Shown here: piece after piece, positions 39,727 to 51,359 of the stretch | How positions within the stretch are numbered: the stretch's first letter is position 1 | How the letters are laid out: each line of letters opens with the position of its first letter | Assembly: GCF_016433145.1 (NCBI RefSeq) | Contig: NC_058130.1 | Coordinates: forward strand, 361,978,951-362,042,950 | Direction: 5' to 3' | From: Gracilinanus agilis | Taxonomy: Eukaryota | Length of the DNA stretch: 64,000 nt | Program-made: the position numbers and the translations under genes | The notes under the pieces: generated by a model | The model's database searches: none | What the model saw: only the letters and a program-made list of their open reading frames with translations | What the model was told of the DNA's origin: nothing

Positions 39727-39975
39727 AAGTTATTGTGCATTTTGGTAAAAAGCAATTTAATTTGAAATAGCATGACAAATTTAAAAAGTCACTGAAGCAA
39801 ACAGCTTCTATCACTGCATCAAAATATAAAAGCAATATTTAGATGAACACAAAAATCCCCAGTCTAATGAGATCTCAAAGGGTAGATCTCCACCACACGC
39901 AACCCAGAGAAATTCACTAAGAAAAGCTCTCTTGAGCCAACTGAATAGTTAAATAGAAAAACCAATTTCATCAAG

Positions 39976-40063
39976 TTAGTTGACAATCGTGTAGTAGTTG
40001 GAAAAAAGCTCTTCTCCTTGCTTGATGTCCCTGAGTGCCACAAGAACCACACATCGCAACAGG
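39976..40063 (-). CDS. SETD9: SETD9 terminal coding exon 6 (SLLRCVVLVALRDIKQGEELFSNYYTIVN*)
   Basis: Minus strand ggtttctcacAG acceptor; TAA at 39978-39976; SET motif ALRDI-x-x-GEELF-x-x-Y. Confidence 0.95.
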
Positions 40064-40467
40064 CTGTGAGAAACCAAGGTGGAAAGTTGAGATTTGATTA
40101 AGTTAACTCTGATTAATGTGGTACATCAATTAAGAGTAGCCTGGGTTTACATCTTTCAATACAAATGTAGCTGAGATAAAAATTACATATGAAACGTTTC
40201 TTCCGTTTCCCCGTTAACATCTTAATTTTTAAATTTAATTTTATAATTAACTCAGAAGAGAGCAGAAGCTTTTTACACTTCTTCACTGATACATGATAGA
40301 GCAACATGACAAGCATCATTCTGAATAGCATCATTAGTCTCCCAGAATCCTTTGCTTTCTTCAGGACTTAGCACAGAACTACTTTTTTTGTTTTGTTTTT
40401 AAACCCTTACTTTCTCTTAGAATCAATACTAGATATTGACTCAAAGGCCAGGGCTAGGCAACTGGGG

Positions 40468-40655
40468 GCCTCAGACACTTACTAGCTGGGTGACCCTGGG
40501 AAAGTCCCTTAATGCTATTGGCCTTAGTTTCCTCATCTGTAAAATGAGCTGGAGAAGGAAACAGAAAACCACTCCAATATCTCTGCCAAGAAAACCCCAA
40601 ATGGAAATGGGGTCATAAAGAGTCAGAAATGACTGAGATAACTGACCAACAAAAG
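40468..40655 (+). mobile_element. MAR1-like CORE-SINE with RTE-derived tail, abutting a minus-strand SINE1 3' fragment (~40385-40465)
   Basis: Core TTTCCTCATCTGTAAAATGAG followed by the RTE-type tail GGAGAAGGAAACAGAAAACCACTCC...GCCAAGAAAACCCC. Confidence 0.7.
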
Positions 40656-41574
40656 CACATATCTTAAGAATTTAATAAATACTTGCTTAGTGTTAGGCAA
40701 AGATAAAATATCAATCTCACAGTTTGCATATATTTTGTTCTTTCACTCCTGTATTCATTTTGTGACATTATTTTAAGGTTGGCTGGAGAAAATTCTCAGA
40801 GTGGTTTAAGCTACCCTGTTTCTACTCCACCATCTTGGCTCTGGAACTGGAAGTCTCCACATATTTTGTACATAGCAGAATGGCAAGGGACCTATGAGGC
40901 AATCTAGTCCAATAGCCCCATTTTACAGATGAGGAAACTGAGATCCAAGGAGGCTGGGCAACTCACCCAAAGTCAAACAGCTACTAAATAACAGAGTCAC
41001 ATTTGGAACCCAGCTCCTCAGACCTCAGAGTCAGAGCTCTCTCCACTGCACCATGCTGCTTCCCCAACTGACAAGTTAGAAAACACAGTCAGTAATCTCA
41101 GAACCAACCAGGTAGCAGCTCCCTCCGCTCTGCCCTGTAGAGTTTGTGGAGAGCTTCACAAGTCTGTCTGGTAATCTACAACCTCCTCTGAGAAGGCTGG
41201 ATTTCGTCTTCTGGTGCCCCAAACCAATTTTAAGGATCACAAGTTTTCACAATTGTAAACTGTGCTCTGGATGTTACATTTTTAAATGACTTTATTAGTA
41301 TGTTCTCCAATGTGTGCATGTGTTCTCTTCCTTCACAAAGGCCCCCAGCTAAAAGCTCACTTCAATAAAGACGAAAGCTATTTTTGGACACAATTCAAGC
41401 ACTTACTCTATACCAATTCTGTAGCTAGAGTCAGGAAGACTCGAGTTCAAATTCAGCCTCAGACATTTACTTAGCGGGGTATCCCTGGGCAAGACACTTA
41501 ACACTTCTGCATCAGTTTCCTCAACTGTAAAAAAAGGGACATTAACAGCACCTATCTCCCAGGGTTATTGTGAG

Positions 41575-41811
41575 AATTAAATGAGATAAACATTTGTAAA
41601 TTAAATGAGATGATTTAATTAAAATAAAAATTAAATGATGTAAATTTGTAAATTATATAAGAAAATTAATTTAAAATAAAAATTAAATGAGATAAAATTT
41701 TAAATTAAATGGGAAAATTAAAAATAAAAATGAAATGAGATGAAAAATATTAAATGGGATAAAATTAATTAAAAATTAAAATTAAATGAGATAAAATTTA
41801 TAAATTAAATT
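41575..41811. repeat. AT-rich minisatellite with core AAATTAAATGAGATAAAATTT
   Basis: About 9 degenerate monomers arranged as ~50-bp dimers inside a MIR. Confidence 0.8.
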
Positions 41812-42949
41812 AGTACAATGCTGGTATATGGTAGGTACTATAGAAATGCATTTCCAAACCCTTCCTTCCCAATATCATAAGCTTACTTCTAAGGAAATTG
41901 ATTCTCTGTGGGCATGCTCACTCTATTGGCCTACAAAATGTTACCTCTGTGGGCTCAGCATGGTTGGAAAATGGTTGCTCGATTTCAAGAGAGAGCATGT
42001 CTTCTGGTTTTCATTCTTTCCTCTATACTGTATTTTTAACAGCTACTTAAATGGGCAAAAAGAAACTATTCATAATTAGTGTTAAGTCGGTCCCTTTCCT
42101 CAATTCAGAGTTCCCAAGTGTGGGTTTATGAACCCAAGGGAAATGGGGAGCAAGATACTTTAAATTGATTACAGTAAAACCTCATTTGAAGAAGTTGAAG
42201 GGTGAGAGAATTAGAGAATACTTGGAAAGAAATGTCATTTTTTTTAAGGATGTCTATTTTATCAACGAGTACTAACCAAAGGGCAAAAATGAAGTTAATT
42301 TAAAAATTACAATTCCCAAAGGCCTACATTGTGTCATAATGCACCATAAGAATCCCAATTTATGTGAAATTCTTTTATTAAAGAGAATCATATCTTTCAT
42401 AAATTATACCTTTTATTCAAAAGAAGCCCCTCTTTGTCTGACACAGAAATTACTGTGAATTTCCAAACAGGGGCAGCTAACTATGATATTTGACTGAACT
42501 GAAAGAAGTAACCCCATCTGAGCAACACAGATATTTTTTTGGCTCACAGCTTATGCATTTTATCTATTCCCCCTCCCCCCACCTCAGAAATGGATCTGAG
42601 GTTGAAATCTACACACTAGATACATAAATAGTCTCAGAATCACCATTCCGATTTGCAGTCTTTTCTAAACCCTCTAACACTTCATTAGACACTCATTTTA
42701 CCTCGCCTGTGGTCCTGCTTCACCGTGCCCACTTTTCAACATGTTTTGGAGGCTAAAATAGAAGGGACAGGAGGAACTCTGGCCACAGAGATGACTGTTT
42801 TCCTTTATGAGGGAGCAGTTTTCATTTCAAACAGCCGTATGTTTTACACAACAACCAGGGAAGCAGGTAAGGGACAGCATAATTGTCTTTAACTATTATC
42901 TATTTGCTTCCATAGGAATTTGTATTTGGACAAATAAAGCCATTCTATG

Positions 42950-43160
42950 TCATCTGGGTCAGTTGTTTCAGTCACATCTGACTCTACATGACTCCGTTTG
43001 GGGTTTTATGGGCAAAGACCCTGGAGTGGTTTTCCATTTCCTTCTCCAGCTTTGCAGATGAGAAAACTGAGGTAAATAGGGTTAAGTGACTCACCCTGGC
43101 TCACCCAGCTAGTGAGGTCTTTCTGACTCTAGGCCCAGAGTTCTATCCACTGAACTGCTG
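42950..43160 (-). mobile_element. MAR1-like CORE-SINE
   Basis: Reverse complement of the same RTE tail plus core (CAGATGAGAAAACTGAGG). Confidence 0.7.
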
Positions 43161-43945
43161 GAGAATTAAGTAATTACCTAATTCTGATCCCCATTATCAT
43201 CTAATGCTAATGTGTTCCAGAAGATGAAAGTCTGATTCTTGCTCTGGCTAAACTATTTTATCTTTGGCCAAAAGCTCCAAGTCTTTCCCAAAATATGCCC
43301 CACGGAATCCTGGTGTTCTGTTCAGTAGAGAGAGCAAAACGGCCAGGACCTGTGATTTCTCTGGTACAGAGAACTCCGTGGTGAAAAAACCTTTGACCAA
43401 TGCAAGTTGGCACTTTCTCTGCAATTTATTGTCTTAACAGAGCTGTCTAGAACAGAGAAGTTAAGTAGCTGGCCCAGTATGGATCAGAAGCAGGTCTTGA
43501 ATCCATGCTTTCCTGGCTCCAAGCTCTCTATTACAAGAAAAAGGCCATCTCCTTTTCTGTTCAATTGAAAGAAAATTCCAAGGTAAAACGTCAAAGCTAG
43601 CACTGTGTTCTGCTAAAAAACACTATGAACTCTTGTATGAATTATTATGTAACAATTTGGGGAGTATGAGAATAAGTTTAATTTCCTTTGTTTATTCAAA
43701 GTTTCCTCCAACTTCCCCCCAGTATTTAATCCCAGGGAAGCCCTCCCTATGTTTATTTCTCCTTTCCCACCTTCCCACACCAAACCAGCATTTGTGGATT
43801 TTATCATTATATTTCAGACCCTAAGAAAGTTGGGGGGCCAAATTAATTTGGGAAATGCTGTGTGACACAGCTTTTTTTTTCCTCAGAAAAATGGCTAACA
43901 TGAGGCAAGAGATAGATACAAACCACTCTTCTGAGAGATGCTGAC

Positions 43946-44051
43946 CTTTGTGTGTCACGGCTGAACATGATGTTTGGAAGATACTGCTTCAATTCCATGG
44001 GGAAAAGTTCAGGCACATCGAATTCCTGATAACACACATTAGCTGCCTTGT
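43946..44051 (-). CDS. SETD9: SETD9 exon 5 (DKAANVCYQEFDVPELFPMELKQYLPNIMFSRDTQ)
   Basis: Minus strand tttctctctAG / 106 nt / GTcagc; the peptide is buried in ORF 43843..44343. Confidence 0.93.
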
Positions 44052-44053
44052 CT

Positions 44054-44910
44054 AGAGAGAAAGGAGTCAGTGAAGGGGGAGGGACAGAGAGAAAAAGAAA
44101 GAGGGGGGAGAGAGAAAGAGAAGGGGTAGAGAGAGAGACAGAGAGAGGGAAAGGGAGAGACAGAGAGACACAGAAGCAGAGAGAAGGAGGGAGAGAATGA
44201 GAGAGAGAGGGAGAGAGAAAGAGAGAGAGAGGAGAGATAGAGAGGGAAAGAGACAAAGAGAGACAGAGAAACAGAGACGGGAGGGAGGGAGGGAAGAAGA
44301 GGGGAGGACAGAGACAGAAAGACAGAGACAAAGATAAAAACAAAGAAAGAGACAGACCGAGAGAAAGAGAGACAAGAGAGAGATGGGGAGGAAGAGAGAG
44401 AGGGAAGGAAGATAGAGACAGAGACAGAGACAGAGACAGACGGGAGAGGGAGAGGGAGAGGGAGAGAAGAAGGAAAGGAAAGAGAAAGAAAGAGGCAAAG
44501 AGGGAAAGGGAGGAGAAAAGAGAAAGAGAAAGAAAAGGAGGGAGAGAGGTGAAAAAGGGAAAGAGAAGGAAAGGAAGGTAGGGGAGAAAGAGGGAAAGAG
44601 AAAGAACANNNNNNNNNNNNNNNNNNNNNNNNNNNNNNNNNNNNNNNNNNNNNNNNNNNNNNNNNNNNNNNNNNNNNNNNNNNNNNNNNNNNNNNNNNNN
44701 NNNNNNNNNNNNNNNNNNNNNNNNNNNNNNNNNNNNNNNNNNNNNNNNNNNNNNNNNNNNNNNNNNNNNNNNNNNNNNNNNNNNNNNNNNNNNNNNNNNN
44801 NNNNNNGGGAGACACAGAGAGAGAGGTAAAGAAAGAAAAAGAGGGAGAGGGGCAAAGAGAATGAAAGAAAGGAAGAGAGGGAGGGGGAGGAGAGAGGAAG
44901 GAGAAAGATT
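44054..44910. repeat. Complex (GA/GAGG/GACA/GAAA)n polypurine tract, spanning an N gap
   Basis: Directly visible; responsible for the spurious S/L/F-rich ORFs on the minus strand. Confidence 0.95.
44609..44806. other. Assembly gap (N run) inside the polypurine repeat
   Basis: N run. Confidence 1.
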
Positions 44911-46146
44911 TTGTGAGTTAGTAATTATTTTTTTTCCTGAACTTAACCAAATATGATAAGCATTTCCTCATACAAAACACAAAGCAAGAAGAGGATTTGG
45001 CAACAAACCCACAAGGCAGTACCATGGACACATAGCCTGCTTCTCCCTCCAAGGTTACAAGAAATTCAGCAGGTTATTTTCAACCTGGCATACTTGCCTG
45101 TGTTTTCTACTGAACCTGAATGAGAATTTTTAAAAAACCTAACAAGGAGATTGAGCATTTCTTATAACCACTGTAATATTTTGTACAGTAAAAAGCATCA
45201 CATAAAATAAATGGCTAAACCAACTTAGCCTCTCCTTTTCCCATGGTCTGCAGGTCACAGAGAAGGTAAACGACTAGATCAAAGCCACATGGGAAGCTAA
45301 AGTCCAGTTTAACAAGACTGCAGAGATCTAATTCTAGTGTGACATGTTCAATATATCATGTAAAGTCAGGAAAAAAATAACCAGCAGATTATTATGAAGA
45401 ACGGGGAAATGTCAAAATATCATGGTCAATAAGGACAAGGGGGGTGTTCACTTCCCAATAATAAAACAAAAACGATAAAAATAGGGTTTCTGTGTAGGTG
45501 ACCTTAATATGACTGCTGAAAAGAGCACCCAAAATGCCACCCTCTTAAAAGAGTCATCAATGGGTTTACTAGTCTAACCACGTGGCAATCCTGCCTTAAA
45601 GGAAAAGCCAGCACATGGTTTTCCTACTCACAGGACTTGCCTCCTGCATGGCTGCAAAAGCTTCCTATCAGAGCAACTGGCCCGTTTTATGCCTGTGGTC
45701 CTAAACAAGACTCTTTTGAAAGCCAGCTATTTTCAAATTCTTGAAACAAAAATTAGCTGCAAGAGTTCTGTTAATGAGAATGCTTATGGACAGGGGCCAA
45801 CTTAGCAACCTGGCAGTTGAGAACTAAAGAAAGCTTTCAATTTCCGGCCTTGTTTTTAAAAATGCCACTATTTCAATTCACCTCAACAAATGGTGATCAA
45901 GTACCTACCTAGACACTAGGGATGCAAAGAGGAAATAATACAGGGACCTGGCCCTCCAAGAGCTGACAATCCAAGAGGGAGGGGATATTATATGCACACA
46001 AATCACTGGGACACAAGGCAGAACATGACCATAGAATAGGAGTTGGAAGGAACCTTTGAAATCTTCTAGCCTAATCCCTATTTCTTCATTGCTGAGGTGG
46101 GGAACTATGGATATGTACCATTTTAAAAAACATCATAAACTCATCT

Positions 46147-46340
46147 AGGTTTAAATCTGGCCTCAGACACGGTTTAGCTGTATGACCCTAGTTCAATGCC
46201 TAGCCCTGATAGTTCTGCCTTAGAACCAATACACAGTATTGAATCTAAGACAGATGCTAAGAATTTGAAAGAAAAAAAGAAAAAGAGGAGAGAAAGAGAA
46301 AGAAAGAAAGAGAAAAAAGAAAAAGGAAGGAAGGAAGAAG
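46147..46340 (+). mobile_element. 5'-truncated SINE1-like copy with expanded A/G-rich tail
   Basis: CTAGGTTTAAATCTGGCCTCAGACAC...AACCAATACACAGTATTG followed by an (AAAG/GAAG)-rich tail. Confidence 0.7.
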
Positions 46341-46599
46341 GAACTTTTTTTGATATAATGTGTTGTTTTCTGAAAATTTCTCCTCTCTTTTTTTATATCT
46401 GGGAAAAATGTAGGTGATATAAAAACAAAAATAAACATTAAAAAAAGGAAAAAATCCTCTTCATTTTACCAATGAGGCCTAGGGTAAGTAATATGCCTAA
46501 GCTCACATAGGTAGTAAGTATGAAAGCTAGATATTTAAACTCAGGTTCTCTAACTCCAAATCTAGTACTGTTTCAATAATAATATTTATATAGTATTGT

Positions 46600-46882
46600 A
46601 GGAGTTTTTTCAAGTAGATTTTATTTTCAAAGATCAGCCTTCTCTCTCTCCTATCTTCACACCTCCCATCCTTCCCTTTGGGAAAATAAGAAAAATAAAC
46701 ACTTTTTACTAGCATGCATGGTCAAACAAAATATAATTTCCCACTGGCCATGTCTAAAATAATGTTTCAATTTGTGCTTTTGCGTCCATCACCTCTCTGT
46801 CAAAAGATGGGGCAACAGGTTTTCAGGTTTCATCATGAGTAGTCAGGAATTATGGTTGGTCATTGTGTTGATTAGAATTCCG

Positions 46883-46920
<38 letters not shown>

Positions 46921-49530
46921 ATGTGCATTTGTGTGTGTAACAAGAGATTGTTTTTTAATCAGCCAAGACCTTTTCACTTTCCCACCCTAACTATCCTTCA
47001 ATTGAGAATATGAAAAACAAAACCCATCATAAACATTATAAATAGTCAATCAAGACAACTTTCAACATTGGCCATACCCTAAAGAGACTCATTCCGCATC
47101 CTAATCCTTCATCACTTGATCAGGAGGTGGGAAGCATGTTTCACCACTGGTTATTTGGAATCTTTATTGATCATTATGGTGATAAGAGTTCAGCAGAAAA
47201 ATATTCCATCACATTTATATATCATATCTTTTTCATTTGCTCACCATTTCATGAATAGCTCCTCAGATCCCCATTCTTTGCCACTTAAAAAAATTATAAA
47301 TATTTTTGTACATCTTAGAACAAGCTTCACAAGATCACTGCTTTGATATACCCTACTGTCTCTTCTCTCCTTTTCTTTTATTTCACTACAGAGTGAAATG
47401 GAATTCTGCAGCCAATTATATGCATGTGTACTCTTCCTTCTTTTGACTAGTGCAGATGACATTGCTCAGCTGTACCCCCTCACTGCCTCATTTGTATAAA
47501 TGTCTACTTGTGTACCCTAACTATTCTTTTTCAATGTATTCCTGTTCCTTTCTTTTTCCATTCTTAAAATCATCAAAGCAGAAATAGAAACACTTCCAGG
47601 CTTTGTCCAATTAGACCTACTCTATACAATCCCTGATGATGAGAGCATTCAGAAGGGACCCATGTCATCTCTTATTATGTTATCGGTTTACTCTTGTTTA
47701 ATTCCTTATTCATTCATGTTTACCTTTTTATACATCTCTTTATTCCTGTGTTTGTACTTCAAAGGTTTTCTGTAGTTCTCCTTTTCATCAAGAATATTTG
47801 GAAGTCCTCTATTTCATTAAAGACACATTTCTTCCCCTGTAACATTATACTTAATTTTGCTGGGAAAGCGATTCTTGGCTTGTATATCCATAGCCTTTGG
47901 CTTCTAAATATTGTATTCCAAATTCTTTGTTGCTTTATAGTGGTGGCTGCTAAATCAGTGTGACCTTAACTGACTTCTCAGTATTTGAATTCTTTTTTTC
48001 TAGCTGCCTGCAGTATTTTTTCTTCAACCTAGAAACACTGGATTTTGGCTACAATATTCCTAGGAGCATTCATTTTGGGGTTTCTTTCATGAAGTGAACT
48101 GTCAATTCTTTCCTTTTTCTACTTTGTCCTCTAGTTATAAGAGATCTAGACAATTTTCTTTTTTAGATTTCTTGAATTATAATGTTTGAACTTTCTCTCT
48201 CTCTTTAATCTCATTCTCTCTCTCTCTCCCTCCTGGAGAGAACTTTTACATAGACCAATGACTTAATTTTTTTCTCGATCTGTTTTCCAGGTCAGTTATT
48301 TTTGCTATGAAATAAATAACATTTTCTTCCAATTTTTTTTTCAGTCTTCTGACTTTGCTTTAGCATTTCTTGTTGCCTCATAAAGTCATTGGTTTCTATT
48401 AGGTCCGTTCAGATATTTAGAGTTTCTTACTGAGCAAGATTTCATGCCTCATGAGTCAAGTTGTTAATTTCCTTTCTAATTCTTTCTTCCATAACTTTAA
48501 TTTTTTTCAGTTTTTATCTCAAGCACTCTCATACCATTTATAAACATATTTTTAAACTCAGGAATTCTAGTTAAATTTGTGCCTAAGCTGTGTTTTTCTC
48601 TGAGGCTTTGTTTATAAATGTTTGGGGATCATTCTCTTCTTCTGTATTTGTGTCTCTGCCACCATGATAGCTCTGTATGATGGTCTTCTTTTTCCATTTT
48701 TCCAGCCTACTTCCTGGCTTTGGACTTGATGTTAGGGCTGGGCTCTGATACTTCTGGAAGGATGTGCTGGAATGGTTCTGTTGTTGCTTTCTTGGGGTTC
48801 TGAGTTCTGTGTTATTCTAGGCTCTCAAGTACAGGCTGGGAACCTGCAAATTTTCAGTACTCCCCAAACAATCTGATTCCAGGCAACAATTTGATTGCTA
48901 CTCCCTGGTCTGAACTCTGCAAGTTCCTAACCTAAGTTTGGATCTGAGAAGAATAGATGCTGCTGGACTTGGTCCCCACTGGCTGGGTGGAAAATTCTGT
49001 TAGTTTAGAGCAGCAGAACAGTGGACTCCCTTTGGTTCTTGGATTCCAGACCTTGTTATTTAGCTGTCCCATTGTTGTTGCCACTGCTGCTGTCTGCCTC
49101 TAAACTTCCTCCTTTCTCAGTGCTCAGCCCTGGGTTTCCCTATGCAGGAACACTATTGCTGTGTAGGGGTCCCCTCCTCACTCTGTCCTGGATCTATAAC
49201 TTGGGTCTAGGGAATGGGCAATATAGCTGGAAGTTGGCACTGCCTCTATACCAATGCTCTAATGAGTCTGTGGGTGCTCTGGCAAAAGTCCTCCTCTTCT
49301 CCTGGCACACAGCCTCTAACTGAGTGCTGCCAGGCTCCTTGGTGTGCAGGTTCCTGGCCAACCTCATGTCAATCCACAGACTGCTCCGTCTCTCTCTCTC
49401 CTTCTGCTGAGCTGAACTGGACAAATGACTCCCTGTGACTTTTTCTGGATTTCCTCATCAAGATTGAATCTGTTGCATTTTCTAGATCTATTAGGCGAAG
49501 TTTATAGAAAGAAACTCGCTATCTCTCTAC
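46600..49530 (-). mobile_element. HAL1 (half-L1)-like element: 5'UTR, degenerate ORF1, 3'UTR
   Basis: Minus-strand translation near 47820-47990 gives DLAATTIKQQRIWNTIFR...PRIAFPAKLSIMLQGKK (L1 ORF1p C-terminus). It is followed by UTR-like sequence with no recognisable ORF2. Boundaries approximate. Confidence 0.6.
46887..46918. repeat. (GT)16 microsatellite
   Basis: Direct read. Confidence 0.95.
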
Positions 49531-51359
49531 TACTTTGCTCTCCCCTATCCTATCCCATCTCCCATTTTAAGGTGTGCAAAGATGCTTTACAAATATCACT
49601 CTCCTATTTAGATGCTATTATCAGCATTTTACAGATAAGGAAACTAAGTCCAAAAAAGGTCAAATGACTTGTCCATGGTCACATAGCTAGTAACTAAGGC
49701 AGGATTTGAATTTAGGTCTTTCTGATTCCAAGTCCAGTGCTCTATCCAGTGAGCCACCTAGCTGCCAAATAATAGCCAGCAATTATAAGGTACTTTGTTT
49801 CCAAAACACTTTATTAATATCAGCTCACTTTATTCTTATAACATAAATAAAAATTAATCTTGGAGACTTTATACTAAATGTATAAGTATTTATTAGTAAA
49901 GAGAATGAAATAGAAAAAGAAGAAGGTATTACCAACCTAACTATCCAAAGTCTCCAGCCTCATTGCTTCTGCTCCATCGGGTCTTAGATTCCACCATGGG
50001 CCCTGGTCCATTTCACAAGTGGTGGCCAGGGGGCTCAGCTCCAGACAAATTAAGGCCAGTCAAGGAATGGGCTTGAGTTCAGGAAGGGACTGGAGCCAAA
50101 GAAGAGAGCATGAGTTCCCGGATTTCCAGCCTGGCATGTGGTCCCTGCTGGCCCAGCACTGTCCCGGCCCCCTGCTTCAAGCTTGCCAGAGATGGCTTAC
50201 ACGATAAGTGCCAGAACTATTCTCCAGAGAGAACTTCTTCCACAAGCCAAAAAATGGTCAAGAGAGAGTGAGCTGCCCCACTTTATTTGCTGGCTTTTTC
50301 AGCTTAGTCTAAATCCTTCCCCTGAGATTGTCTAGTTGGCCAGGGTTTCTCTTCAGTCTTGTCACATGACAACCCTTGTCTTCCATCGGCCAGAAATCTT
50401 GCCTGCTACTGCTACAATGGCAAATTAAAACACATGACTCTGTGATGCCTGATGGGTGAGTATTCTGGGATTGGGGGTCCCCTAAATATTTAATTTACAC
50501 ATAACAAAATCAACCACGCTGAAAAGCAGATACTATTTTAAATCCTTTTTTACAAATGAGGAAATTGAGGTAGAAAGGTTATTAAGTGATTTTAAGTTTT
50601 AACATAACCAGCAAATGTGTGAAGCCAGATTTGAATTCAAGTCTCCCTGATCCTAGATTGAATGCTTTCTATATGTTGTACCATCTAGCTTCCATACTAC
50701 CTTCCCAAGAAATACAAGGAGAGGTTCAAAGAACTGGGAAGGAGAAATCAGTAAAGGTCTCCTGAAGGAGTTGATGACTAAAGTGGGCCTGAAAGGACAA
50801 TGGAAATTTCAAAAGGAGAAGAGAGAGCCTAAACAAAAGTCCAAACACAGGAGAGGGCACAATGAGAACAGGAGAGGGTCCTAGTTTAGCTGGGACAGAG
50901 ATTACACAAAGGTAATAATATTAAGACAAAGTTGAAGAGGCAGGTTGAAGACCCGAGTACATTAAAGTGCCTTGAATGGCAGCAGAAAGACTTTATACTT
51001 TTATTGGTAGGCAATGGCCAGACACTGAATGCTTCTGAAATAAAAAAAATAGGTGATATGATGAGAGGAGTTCATTTGAATGCTTACTCAGGAGTATGAA
51101 TGATTTGATTTCAGATGGGAGATAGAAAGCAAGAAAAAAAGCAGTTAGAAGGTTGTTAAAATTTTCTAGCTAAGAGGTAACACTGTTCTGAACTAGGGTG
51201 GTTGCAATGGGATCAGAAAAGAGAGAGAAAAATTGCAATGTCTGAATCAACAGGACCTGGAAATGAACCAAATATAGGGGATAAAGAGGGAGAAATCAAG
51301 AAAGATGTAGAAACCTGTGACTGGGAGATCATAGTAGCACCAATTATGGTAGTGATGCT

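Noticed and set aside
43843-44855. 166-262-aa minus-strand ORFs
   Set aside because: Produced by the CT repeat and the N gap; only 43946-44051 is a real SETD9 exon.
49991-50076. Perfect Kozak CCACCATGG and nearby CTCF-like TGGCCAGGGGGC
   Set aside because: The ORF is only 26 codons with no promoter evidence; the CTCF match has mismatches at the 5' core.
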